Assembly: GCA_002269645.1 (NCBI GenBank)
Contig: NIVC01004038.1
Location: 1 to 63,369, forward strand
Source of the DNA: Macrostomum lignano
Lineage: Eukaryota
DNA length: 63,369 bases
Direction: 5' to 3'
In this document: in pieces, positions 49,150 through 63,369 of the stretch
How the letters are laid out: each line of letters opens with the position of its first letter
Numbering within the stretch: position 1 is the first letter of the stretch
Made by a program: the position numbers and the translations under genes
Notes under the pieces: model-generated
The model's database searches: none
What the model saw: the letters and a program-made list of their open reading frames with translations, nothing else
What the model was told of the DNA's origin: nothing

Positions 49150-49530
49150 AACCCACTCCGTCGACAGAGAATCACCACCCACCCCACTCCCGGGACAGAG
49201 GATCGTCACCCACCCCACTCCCGGGACAGAGGATCGTCACCCACCCCACTCCGGGGACAGAGAATCGTCACCCACCCCACTCCGGGGACAGAGAATCGTC
49301 ACCCACCCCACTCCCGGGACAGAGAATCGCTACCCACCCCACTCCCGGGACAGAGGATCGTCACCCACCCCACTCCAGGGACAGAAGAATCGCCACCCAC
49401 CTCACTCCGGGGACAGAGAATCGCCACCCACCTCACTCCAGGGACAGAGAATCGCCACCCACCTCACTCCGGGGACAGAGAATCGCCACCCACCCCTTTC
49501 CGGGGTCAGAGACTCGCCAGCCACCTCACT
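49150..49530. repeat. Minisatellite, about 31-bp unit (CACCCACCCCACTCCGGGGACAGAGAATCGT)
   Basis: Direct periodicity. Confidence 0.92.
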
Positions 49531-50227
49531 CCACACAAAAACTGAACTTTATGCATATGTGCTCGTAAGGAAAAGTGCAGCTTTAAATTATATGCTAGCT
49601 TTATTGAATTTCAATTGTTTGTGCAGGCTAAAAGCCCAAACCGCGCCCAACCAACTCCATTCGCTTCTCTGTGTTAAACCTTCAAAGCCCTTAAATGTAG
49701 CGCCCTATCAGTTTTTGTACTTGCTAAGCAGTGCAGCTGCATGCCGTGCGCTTTGCTGGCTACTGAACTGTGAGTAGCAGCCAGTGCACTTTTATATAGC
49801 TACCAATTTTAGCTGGATTTTTACCTGCACTTTTGTCTACACGGGCCTATCAGGAGTGTGCGGTGCTCGCCAACCGCTGCCTGCAGGCCAACTCCACCGC
49901 TTGCCACAGCCCCTCAGCTGCTGTTGAATCTCTTACTGAGACAAATAATTGCATATGAATATATGCTGTTCTATTCAGTTCGCTCTGACTGCTGTACAAT
50001 TTGGCTAACAAATATACCACACAGTTTCTCGCTTAGGCTTTGCTTCTCCTCCAATGTTTTTAGCCCAAATTGCGTCTATATGTATTGTTATTATATTGTA
50101 ACCCCTGCAGCACTGTTCAATGGTCTCAGTGATTGCAGTTTTAATAAAATTACTGTTGTCATGCTCAGCTGGAAAACGCACCTCTTTTAAATTGAGAGCC
50201 TACAGCATAGAGACAAGTTGGGCACAG

Positions 50228-50415
50228 ACTTTATTTATCGCTAGACATGCGCACTTCACTGTGCCTTGGTGGTTGGCCCTGAAGGGTGTTGATTGCACGA
50301 GCAGAGCCAAGCCGAGATTCCAATTTAGCCCCAAATTAATGCGACTGCACTTGGAATCGAGCCTGGGCCGCTGGCACATAAGAGCGCCTCGCTAGAGCAC
50401 TAGGCTACGGCTTCC
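50228..50415 (-). mobile_element. tRNA-derived SINE, family A copy 2
   Basis: Related to 26322-26512; B box GGCTCGATTCC on the minus strand. Confidence 0.75.
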
Positions 50416-50504
50416 ATCAGATTGGGCCATAGACAAAATGCTAATTTCTGATTGACTGAGAAACAGTTAAACCCCTGAGAATGGGATATGAAAACTTGCG
50501 AAGT

Positions 50505-51160
50505 ATCAACTATTGCTTTTGTCAGCCTAACTGAGAATAAAGCCATCCAAAGTGAGAATCCTGCCTACGCTGACTGCGAAGGGCCTGGCTGCGTGCAGCC
50601 TTAGTCTATGGGCCATAGACTATAAAGGACAAGCAAAGTGATAAAAAGCCATCCAATGTGAGAATCGATTGGTCTATGCGTCGTATTCTTTTATTTTTAT
50701 ACCTTCTGAGCCATATGACTAGCCAATAGCTTGAACGGAATAACGGAAACAGGAACATGCTGTTCGAGAGGGAGGCGCGCGAAGCGATTGACGACACAGT
50801 CACTGCTGGGAAGGCTGCCGCGTGGGACCTGCATTGCAGACGAATCTTTGGCCAGTGCATTGAGGGACGGCTATTTTAACTCTTTACTTTACTGTACTGT
50901 ATCATCCAGTGTGTTCCTGGTTCCGTTATTCCGTTCAAGCTATTGGCTAGTCATATGGCTCAGAAGGTATAAAAATAAAAGAATACGACGCATAGACCAA
51001 TCGATTCTCACATTGGATGGCTTTTTATCACTTTGCTTGTCCTTTATAGTCTATGGCCCATAGACTAAGGCTGCACGCAGCCAGGCCCTTCGCAGTCAGC
51101 GTAGGCAGGATTCTCACTTTGGATGGCTTTATTCTCAGGCTGACAAAACCAATACTTGAT
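50505..51160. mobile_element. Long inverted-repeat (foldback/MITE-like) element, about 250-bp arms and about 150-bp spacer
   Basis: About 50505-50757 is the near-perfect reverse complement of about 50911-51160; no TSD identified. Confidence 0.8.
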
Positions 51161-51630
51161 CAACACCAGTGCTACAAGTCTGACATGTGATCCGCGAGGC
51201 ATCGCATGACAGAATTCAGGCCATATATTGGTTGAGCCACTGCTAGTGCAGATTTTTCAAAATAGAAAGTAAAAAGGTGTAGCTGGTAAGCTTTGTCAAA
51301 TCGGCCCCAGCAGTCACCTGAAGGCTAACAATTGTATCCGTGAAAATTCGCTTTCGTGAATTATGCCTCAGTCTTGGACTTAACTCATCCGTCGAAAGTA
51401 CATGTACCTGGTTCCAGCATCCCCTTGTATTCTTCATCTTCAATATTGTCTTCTTCCTGCTGGGAGCCGCCAGCCGTAATTGCTGAACTAATTACTCAGG
51501 CGATTTGCTGTCGCAAAAGCCCTGTCGATGCAGTGAATTTAGCTTGTATTGAAGTTAAATAACTTCGAGAGACATTTTCAATTTACATCTACTGGCCAGA
51601 ATTTCGCTAATAAATTTTAAACTGAGCCTT

Positions 51631-51679
51631 GCCGAGATTCCAATTTAGCCCCAAATTAATGCGACTGCACTTGGAATCG
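51631..51679 (-). mobile_element. SINE family A fragment
   Basis: GCCGAGATTCCAATTTAGCCCCAAATTAATGCGACTGCACTTGGAATCG is identical to part of copy 2. Confidence 0.8.
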
Positions 51680-51990
51680 TGCAGATGTGAAGGCAAGAGG
51701 GTGAGACGTGATGAGGAGAGGGTGAGATGTGAGGGAAAGAAGGTGAGGCGTCAGAGGAGAGGGTGAGACGTGAAGGCAAGGGTGAGACGTTATGGGGAGA
51801 GAGAGAGACGTAAGGGTGAGACGTGAGTAGTGAAGCACCAGAACTCAACGCCCAAACCCACAGACAGCAGCGCACCAGGTTCTGCACGAGCTTAATAACT
51901 CCAATTCTATAGCACTGTGTGAACAAGTGTGCTTCACTGCAGCACGCTCTTCAGAGTGTATATTTCGAAGTTAAATAAGAAAATAAGTGT

Positions 51991-54900
51991 TTAAGGCTGC
52001 CGCCTCCGAACTCCATGGGGGCCATGCTGATGGCTCTGCAGATCACGCAGGTTGCAGAAGATCATCATTGACAGAACCATCCCTAGCAGCTGGAATGGAG
52101 TGAAAGTGTAGCTTCTCAGTTTGATTTTTTGCTCATTTTATTGAAAAAATGCTAGTCGAACTACTTATTGCAGTAAGCTAGTACGAGCCAGCGCAAATTG
52201 CTAGCTTTTTTAGCTTGAGCAAATAAAAACTTGCGTCTCTCACAACTACAAACGCAATGCTAACGCCGGTGCCCGTGACGCGGGCCAGGTTGGCCACAAG
52301 CGAGTCGCTGATTCTGTGGTAACAACCGTCTTTGCTGCGGAACCGCCTGGCGCAGCTGCTGGGCACCTCGAGGCCCCGGCGCTGATAGTCCGAGCCGCCG
52401 TGCTGGGCGCCGCAGCACTCGAACTGGCGAGGGGAGCCGCGTATTGTAACGGAGGGTGAAATTCAAAGAACCCGGGACTGAGAACAAGAAACTGGAGAGT
52501 GAGAAGAGGGGATCGGGAGAGTTTGGAGAAAGCTGAAAGAGTGATGTAATGGTGCTGTCTTGTGACTTAGACTTTAAAGTTAATACGTTAACGGTGAAAC
52601 TACCAATGGGGGAATTCCCCCTCCCCTCCTTGGTAGTTCCACGAGCGGGAAAAGGGCTTGGTATTCCTACTGTTAAACGACCTTTCTAAGGGCCACCATT
52701 ATCAATGAGTTTTATACTCTGCATTTTTATGTATTAAATGCATGGACATGTCTTAATACATACATGTATGTTACCTCTTACAGTATGTCGTCACACTCGA
52801 ATACATGTAAACAATGTGCCTTCTACATGTACATTCACCTCACAGTGGGGTGGTGGGACGTGAGGGCAAGAGGGGAGACGTAAAGGAAGAGGGTGGGATG
52901 TGAGGAAAAGAATGTGAGACATGAAGGCAAGAGGGTGAGACGTGATGGGGAGAGAGAGAGACGTAAGGGTGAGACGTGATGGGGAGAGAGAGAGACGTAA
53001 GGGTGAGACGTGATGGTGAGAGGGTGAGATGTGAGGGAAAGAAGGTGAGACGTCAGAGGAGAGGGTGAGACGTGAAGGCAAGAGGGTGAGACGTGATGGG
53101 GAGAGGGTGAGACGTGAGGGTGAGACGTGAGTAGTGAAGCACCAGAACCGGAAACCCAACGCCCAAACCCACAGCAGCGCACCAGGTTCTGCACGGTGTC
53201 CATGATGTCCCTGCTGGCCAGGTCGGTGCTGTAAGTTGCCACCCGCCTCTCCAGCTCGCCAGACAGCAGGGCGGACAGCTGGTCCTTGGATGCGGCGGCC
53301 CAGATTCCCGCTCCGATGAGCATCGTGAACACGGCCGAGAGGATGACGAAAAACTGCGATGGGAAGATTCGGGACTCCGGGGTGACTTGAGGCGTCAGCT
53401 GATTTTACACTACATGTATGTATATTGCACCTTGCGTACCTGATACTGCATGTTTTATTGCTATCAATAAAGCAATACTAATCCCATACAGTTCTGTAAC
53501 ATTCTATTCATGCTTCAGAGCCGCTGCAAAGATTGCAATAATTATTGCAGGAATAAGTGGCAAGCAATTTTTTATTCCCCCAGAGGCAAAATACGCTCGT
53601 ATCTGTCAATCAATGCGTGCAGCGCTTCATCAGACCGCCCGGTCCCAGCATCAGGCAGCACCGGCAGCCAGGGCTGCACTTTTCGATAAAAATGGAAGTT
53701 TGTTTAATTGCTTTGCTTTGTTTTAAATAATTATTCTAATCATTTTTGTCTCTTTAGCCTAAATTTTGTTAAATCCAAGCTCAAAATGGGGGACCGGCAT
53801 TATAAACCCGAAAAATCAAAACTCCAAAAAGCGCTTTCCATCACAAACCCGAAACATCACAAACCCGAAACATCACAAACCCGAAACATCACAAACCCGA
53901 AACATCACAAACCCGAAATATCATAACCCCGAAATATCGTAACTCCGAAAACCAAAATAGTGCTAGGCATTGCTACAACTATATATAGGAGTTGTGATAT
54001 TTCGGGTTTGTGATGTTTCGGTTTTGTGATGTTTCGGGTTGTGATGTTTCGGGTTTGTGATATTTCAGGTTTGTGTTATTTCGGGTTTGTGATGTTTCGG
54101 GTTTGTGATGTTTCGGGTTTGTGATGCTTCGGGTTTGTGATATTTCAGGTTTGTGATGTTTCGGGTTTGTGATATTTCAGGTTTGTGATGTTTCGGGTTT
54201 GTGATATTTCAGGTTTGTGATGTTTCGGGTTTGTGATGTTTCGGGTTTGTGATAGCGACCCCTCAAAATCAGTGGTAGTGCGAATTTTGACTGTCAGCTG
54301 CTTACAAGTAAACAGCAAATTTTATCTGTCAAAAGCTGTCAGGGTTCGGGTTCGGCTTTTTACTCAGTGCTCCCAGTCCCCTGTAAAGCTCTACCCGGAT
54401 CCCACCCGCCTCTCTCACCGACAGCAGCATGCACTGGCTCTCTCGGATCGCGCCGCAGCAGCCAAGAAATCCTGTGGTAACCATGGCAACGCCGACAACT
54501 ATGAAGATGCTGGCTCCGGTGCCCGCGCCGGGAACGTAGCCGGCCACCGCCACACGGAACTCGCGGTCGGTGTGGATGGCGATGCCCACGCTGAAGGTGG
54601 CCACGCCCAGCAGCTGAAGTCAGGCGGTGCACAACAAAGTGGAGTCTGGTGACTGGGAGAGAGGCAGAAAAAGCAGGGAGCGAGAGGTAGGGAGGAGAGG
54701 TAGTGAGGGAGAGGTAGGGTGGGAGAGGCAGGGAGGGAGAGGCAGGGAGGGAGGGAGGTAGGGAGGAGAGGCAGGGAGGGAGAGGTAGGAAGGGAGAGGT
54801 AGGGAGGGAAAAATAGGGGGGAGAGGCAGTCAGGGAGAGGCTGGGAGGGAAGAGGCAGTCAGGGAGAGGCAGGGAGGGAAGAGGCAGGGAGAGAGAGGAG

Positions 54901-55165
54901 AGGCAGGGAGAGACTGATAAAGAGACTGATCGAATGGCAGTTTGAAGCTCACCCAGAAGATGCCATTAAAAAAGAACATGATGGACTTCAGCACGCTGTA
55001 GCAGCCGTCCGAGGAGCCTTCGGCATCGATGCCTCCGCCGCCGTCTGCGCCGTCTCCGCCGCCGCGGCGACCGTCTGGAAGGTTGACGAGGCGGTCCATG
55101 GTCTGGCTGCCATTGACCAGCATCACCTTCGGGCTGGCGGCTCTCATGCTTTGTGCACTGAGCAT
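51991..55165 (-). CDS. Tetraspanin (4-Cys EC2 type); exons 55165(or 55099)-54953, 54613-54419, 53353-53183, 52423-52244, 52089-51991
   Basis: TM1 (LKSIMFFFNGIFWLLG); GFLGCCGAIRESQCML; EC2 FECCG...VPSSC...GC; TM4 LLGMVLSMMIFC; all phase-0 GT-AG joins; start codon uncertain. Confidence 0.92.
52850..53140. repeat. Intronic purine-rich minisatellite (GAGGGTGAGACGTGA variants)
   Basis: Array in tetraspanin intron 3; a related copy is at 51684-51830. Confidence 0.85.
53788..54261. mobile_element. Foldback-type non-autonomous element with inverted 17-bp repeat arrays (possibly Merlin-like)
   Basis: G-run termini; (CATCACAAACCCGAAA)n on the left and its reverse complement on the right around a short core; TSD CTCAAAAT (53780-53787, 54262-54269; 7 or 8 bp depending on the boundary). 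Confidence 0.7.
54660..54915. repeat. Purine-rich low-complexity array (GGGAGGGAGAGGCA variants)
   Basis: Tetraspanin intron 1. Confidence 0.85.
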
Positions 55166-55534
55166 TCCTAGAAAGCCCCAGAATAAAGTTTCCTGACTTG
55201 ATTTAAATTTTCCTAGAAAGAAGGCCGGAAGAAACCCTTGAAGCTGGTTGGAATTTCCTGCCATGCGAGGTGCGGCCGCGAAGTCGAGTATCAAGTTTCA
55301 CCCGCACTTCAGCTTCATCTTGTTTTCCGGGATTCGTTCTGCATGCAGGCGATGTTCCTTGTGTTTTTTGTAAACCTGGTGATTCGCGATGTTCCTTGTG
55401 TTTTTTGTAAACCTGGCGATTCGCGATGTTCCTTGTGTTTTTTTGTAAACCTGGCGATTCGCGAAGATGCGACTCATGCGATTACAGCGGGTTCGGCTTG
55501 CGGCCAAGGTTTGCATCAAGTTAAATTAAACTCA

Positions 55535-55810
55535 GGGGGTTGTAGCCCAGTGGTCAGAGCGTCAGGCTCACGACTTGAAGGCCGGGGGTTCGATCCCCGA
55601 TCCCACCGGATCACATTGTGTCCTTGAGCAAGACACTTAACTCTGCATCGCTTCAGTTCATCCAGCTGTAAAATGGGTGCCAGCATTAGCTGGGGTAATT
55701 GAGGGTGAGTGTGGCGACCCCCCAGTCCTTGGACTGAACAGCCGTACGCAGCCTTCAGATGCGCAACGCAATAGCTGCGGCTGAGCTGTCGGTTGCAAAA
55801 CTAGCCCAAT
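55535..55810 (+). mobile_element. tRNA-derived SINE with a CORE (MIR-core)-like central domain
   Basis: A box TAGCCCAGTGG; B box GGTTCGATCCC; then TGTGTCCTTGAGCAAGACACTTAACTC...CTTCAGTTCATCCAGCTGTAAAATGGG resembling the recalled MIR core; 3' end approximate. Confidence 0.72.
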
Positions 55811-56519
55811 ATTATTATATCCAATTGAAGCATTGAGTTGCATTTAAATATCAATAAAGAAATCATTCAGTAAAAAATCATATAAAATTGACAAATTCAT
55901 TTTAAGTTATTCAAATAGACCCAAAAATTGTTCAAAAGTATTCGAATAATTATTTGGCATTGACTAGAAATAACTTTTTTATGAAATCGTGACCAAAACC
56001 ATGACCTATTTTCCACTGCAAGCCAAGCAAGCTGTTTCAAGGCTCTGTTCTCTGGTTAAAAGACAATCAAGTAGAAAATTTTAAAGCAAGTATTCGCCAC
56101 TATGCCCACCGCAACGGCTAGAAAGTCCATCTCTTTTGATTTTAAGGCGTCGACTGGAAAATCGCTGCTGACAGAAGTCTGGCACTGTACATGTATAAAT
56201 CTTCCTACGCGAGCTAGCTCGTAGATTAAGCAACAACCCTTCCATCAAGCCACAGCTTACGTTGGTTATGTCTATGGCCACAGGCTATAAAAGAGTGTGG
56301 ATTAACGTCAATAATTTATTCTTCTGCATTCTGAGTGCGTGGTACGAAGCAGGCATCTGAACTTTAAATTAAACTTTTCTCAATGTTTTCTTGTGTGTGT
56401 CTGCTGTGTTCTCGCCTCACTTCAGGCTCAATGTAAAATAAAGCATGTGGCTGAGAGTGGATGCTCGTGGCTGAGTTTGTGCATCACGAAAACAGGGGGT
56501 TTCGTATCTCCCGACACTT

Positions 56520-56770
56520 CATAACACCAAAGTTTCATATCTCTGACACTTCATGTCTCTGACACTTCATATCTCTGACTTTTCATATCTCTGACACTTC
56601 GTATCTCTGACATTTCATATCTCTGACACTTCATATCTCTGACTTTTCATATCTCTGACACTTCATATCTCTGACATTTCATATCTCTGACACTTCATGT
56701 CTCTGACACTTCATGTCTCTGACACTTCATGTCTCTGACACTTCATATCTCTGACACTTCATATCTCTGA
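56520..56770. repeat. Minisatellite, 16-bp unit (CTCTGACACTTCATAT)
   Basis: Direct periodicity. Confidence 0.93.
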
Positions 56771-56869
56771 TATTGAATACTTCATAACTCGGAAACATGA
56801 AAACACCCCAGGAAAACACTGTCTATGGTCAAAACATCACCTTTGCTCCAATTGATTTTCACGAGTAGC

Positions 56870-57335
56870 TAAGATTGAATGCGCATTTGCTGAGCTGGGA
56901 TGCTCATAGGCTGAGATTGGATGCTCATAGACTGAGATTGGATCCTCATAAGCTGAGATTGGATGCTCATAGGCTGAGATTGGATGCTCATAGACTGAGA
57001 TTGGATCCTCATAAGCTGAGATTGGATGCTCATAGGCTGAGATTGGATGCTCATAGACTGAGATTGGATCCTCATAAGCTGAGATTGGATGTTCATAGGC
57101 TGAGATTGGATCCTCATAAACTGAGATTGGATGCTCATAGACTGAGATTGGATCCTCATAAGCTGATATTGGATGCTCATAGGCTGAGATTGGATCCTCA
57201 TAAGCTGAGATTGGATGCTCATATACTGAGATTGGATCCTCATAAGCTGAGATTGGATCTTCATAAACTGAGATTGGATGCTCATAGGCTGAGATTGGAT
57301 GCTCATAGGCTGAGATTGGATGCTCATAGGTTGAG
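56870..57335. repeat. Minisatellite, 21-bp unit (GCTGAGATTGGATGCTCATAG)
   Basis: Direct periodicity. Confidence 0.93.
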
Positions 57336-58009
57336 GATGCATTACTCAGATGATCAAATTTCAGTGAAAGTTCTGCTCACAGAACGAACGCAGGGAAGCC
57401 CACCTGTTTTTGCAGTCACCATGCGGAGCCAATCGGGTCAAAAAATCTTGACGGGAGAATCGCTGAGCCGTGCTGAAAGCAGCAGATTCTGTCAGCAATT
57501 CGTCTTCTTCTTTCGCAGCGGCTGGTGGCCCTGCAGGCTTATATATATAAGGTCTGTGGGCTGACCTCGACTATAGAATTCTCTTCAGTGCTGCACATTG
57601 CCAGCGCACTTTTAACTGCCACCTCCCTGATTTGGGCTGCCCCGCCTCTCGTAAGCCCAAGTTCTCCCAGTAGTGAACTGCGCTGCGGCCAAGGAGACCT
57701 TCAAGCAAGATCCTGCAGTCGCGGAGACTGTAAAGAACTAAACATTCGTGGAAGCGTTGGCAGTCCGAAATTCTAGTTCAAGGTGTCCTTGGCAGCAGAT
57801 AAATCTTATTGGCGAGGAAATGTGTCGATTTATAACTGTTGTTAATATTCAGAAGGGCCACCACTTAATCCAGCAAAGACGCACAAGAAAAAATATAACC
57901 ACTACTGGCAGCTTCACACTACTCACTGAGTAGCGCATCGACACCGCGAAATTTTTCAACCGAATTTCATAAAATTCATACGAGTTGCTTTTCGCTGTTG
58001 CAAGCGCAT

Positions 58010-58135
58010 TCACTGCAATCAGATCACTGCAATCAGATCATTGCAATCAGATCATTGCAATCAGATCATTACAGTCAGATCATTGCAATCAGATTATTGC
58101 AATCAGATCATTGCAATCAGATCATTGCAACCAGA
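58010..58135. repeat. Minisatellite, 14-bp unit (CATTGCAATCAGAT)
   Basis: Direct periodicity. Confidence 0.9.
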
Positions 58136-58731
58136 TGATCGAGAGCAGCTCAGTACAGAGGCACCCGAGCAGCCAGGTGACCGCTGGCATAAATTTACAC
58201 GTTGCTCCCAGCTCTGGCCCGACCGGTAATGAAAGCTGCGACTCGCATGATTTATTAATGAATTCTTGCGCCCAACTCGGTACAGTCGGGGCGTGTGAAG
58301 GCCTTCAAATTTCAAGTGTACAAGCTGCATCCCGGCTTGTTGCAGACTTGGCTTCCTGCGCGCGCTTCCATGCAAGGACGAACCAATAATCGCTGTGATG
58401 GATTTAACCGGCTGCTGCCTTCCCTGCACCCTCTGCCCCCTCTGCCCCTCTATTTAGCTCTTGGCAGAGGCCAAGTCCTATCAACAGGCTGATCCATACA
58501 AGCTAAAAGACCTTAAGCCAGTCTACTGCTTTCAGCAGCAATTCGGTCACGTGACGCGCACAATTGCCGCCGCATTTCCAGCACTCCGGCAACAGCAATG
58601 CAGAGCAGACAGCTAAGGAGGTGCGCAGCGGTTCTCATTCTCAGTGCCGCCTTCTGCTTGGTAAGCTGAGCCTGACTGTGTCAATACGGAGTCTGCGCCC
58701 CGATGTAGCTGCACTGCTCTCTCCCTTTCAG

Positions 58732-61810
<3,079 letters not shown>

Positions 61811-62154
61811 GTGAGAATGCGCAGGCGGGGCCGATGGGCAATGCGCAGATCTCGTCAGCGGAAGTTGGCAGGCGGTTCCAATGTCACAGGATTTCAGCAA
61901 TTACTGCGTGCAACAACTCTCTCTAATTGCTCTTTTGCAACAAGCGATGCTTGGCAACTTTTTCCAGTCGGCAGTTTAAACAAAAAATCGCTTTTCCGGT
62001 CCTACCGACCGGAGAGGCTTCGCTGTGCGCTGCTGCATGCAGTTTTGAAAAATGAATGGCGAGGGGCCAGTAAAGTGGCGCCGAACTGAACTCAAACCAG
62101 GGATCGGCCGGGACATTGCAGTGACTACGAGCCTGCTGCCTGAGCAAGGGCGTT

Positions 62155-63300
62155 GGTTTTAGGAAGGGAGAAGCTGCTGGTATATGGAAAGGGAAGCTGT
62201 GGGTTTAGGAAATGGGAAGCTGTGGGTTTAGGAAATGGGAAGCTGTGGGTTTAGGGAAGGGAAGCTGTGGGTTTAGGGAAGGGAAGCTGTGGGTTTAGGG
62301 AAGAGAGAAGCTGTGGGTTTAGGAAGGGGAAGCTGTGGGTTTAGGGAAGAGAGAAGCTGTGGGTTTAGGGAAGGGAGAAGCTGTGGGTTTAGGGAGAGGA
62401 GGTGGGTTTAGGGAGAGGCGGTGGGCTTAGGGAGAGGAGGTGGGCTTAGGGAGAGGAGGTGGGTTTAGGGAGAGGAGTTGGGTTTAGGGAGAGGCGGTGG
62501 GTTTAGGGAGAGGCGGTGGGTTTAGGGAGAGGCGGTGGGTTTAGAGAGAGGAGGTGGGTTTAGGGAGAGGCGGTGGGTTTAGGGAGAGGCGTTGGGTTTA
62601 GGGAGAGGCGGTGGGTTTAGGGAGAGGCGGTGGGTTTAGGGAGAGGAGGTGGGTTTAGGGAGAGGCGGTGGGCTTAGGGAGAGGAGGTGGGTTTAGGGAG
62701 AGGAGGTGGGTTTAGGGAGAGGCGGTGGGCTTAGGGAGAGGAGGTGGGTTTAGGGAGAGGCGGTGGGTTTAGGGAGAGGCGGTGGGTTTAGGGAGAGGAG
62801 GTGGGCTTAGGGAGAGGAGGTGGGTTTAGGGAGAGGAGGTGGGTTTAGGGAGAGGCGGTGGGTTTAGGGAGAGGCGGTGGGTTTAGGGAGAGGAGGTGGG
62901 CTTAGGGAGAGGAGGTGGGTTTAGGGAGAGGCGGTGGGTTTAGGGAGAGGCGGTGGGTTTAGGGAGAGGCGGTGGGTTTAGGGAGAGGCGGTGGGTTTAG
63001 GGAGAGGAGGTGGGTTTAGGGAGAGGCGGTGGGCTTAGGGAGAGGAGGTGGGTTTAGGGAGAGGAAGTGGGTTTAGGGAGAGGCGGTGGGCTTAGGGAGA
63101 GGAGGTGGGTTTAGGGAGAGGAGGTGGGTTTAGGGAGAGGCGGTGGGTTTAGGGAGAGCGGTGGGTTTAGGGAGAGGCGGTGGGTTTAGGGAGAGGAGGT
63201 GGGTTTAGGGAGAGGCGGTGGGCTTAGGGAGAGGAGGTGGGTTTAGGGAGACGAGGTGGGTTTAGGGAGAGGCGGTGGGTTTAGGGAGAGGCGGTGGGGA
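62155..63300. repeat. G-rich minisatellite, 19-bp unit (GGGTTTAGGGAGAGGMGGT), preceded by a 20-22-bp variant
   Basis: Direct periodicity; contains TTTAGGG. Confidence 0.95.
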
Positions 63301-63369
63301 ACAAGGTGGAGGTCAACGAGTGACCTGGCAGGCTAGGGAGTGAGGTGGCCGATTCGGGGTGTCTGCAGA

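Noticed and set aside
55535-55607. Possible tRNA gene (CAC anticodon loop)
   Set aside because: The T-stem and acceptor stem pair poorly and the sequence runs into a SINE core; it is a SINE head.
57340-58400. Possible upstream (ectodomain) exons of the ZIP transporter
   Set aside because: A Cys-containing stretch near 58230-58376 is suggestive, but no CPALL-type motif or phase-consistent chain could be established.
62155-63300. Interstitial or true telomere
   Set aside because: TTTAGGG is embedded in a 19-bp unit rather than a pure telomeric tandem, and unique sequence follows.

Overview
Eukaryotic, intron-containing, minisatellite-rich animal DNA. It is most likely a macrostomid flatworm such as Macrostomum lignano; this is an inference from genome style and from a 17-nt match to the Macrostomum spliced leader as I recall it. 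1-21 kb is a transposon graveyard: a hAT-type non-autonomous element with a perfect 8-bp TSD, two related solo LTRs, and a near-complete minus-strand Ty3/Gypsy element (6118-15965) with a solo LTR inserted in the TATA box of its 3' LTR. 21-34 kb holds five tightly spaced plus-strand housekeeping genes (UBFD1, ZCCHC4, CSTF2, RBM7, NUBP2) that form a candidate trans-spliced operon. Next come a previously unannotated two-domain Ly6/uPAR-like GPI-type gene (minus), a deleted P-element with a nested Harbinger-type MITE, ARF6, a tetraspanin (minus) and part of a LIV-1/ZIP zinc transporter. Most introns and intergenic gaps carry their own private minisatellite. The most striking observation is that the 3' end of the spliced leader (ACTCAATTTATTGCATG) appears genomically encoded at the CSTF2 start codon, suggesting an SL-capped cDNA was written back into the genome. 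All exon structures were derived by hand from homology and GT-AG phase, with no expression data or database searches.
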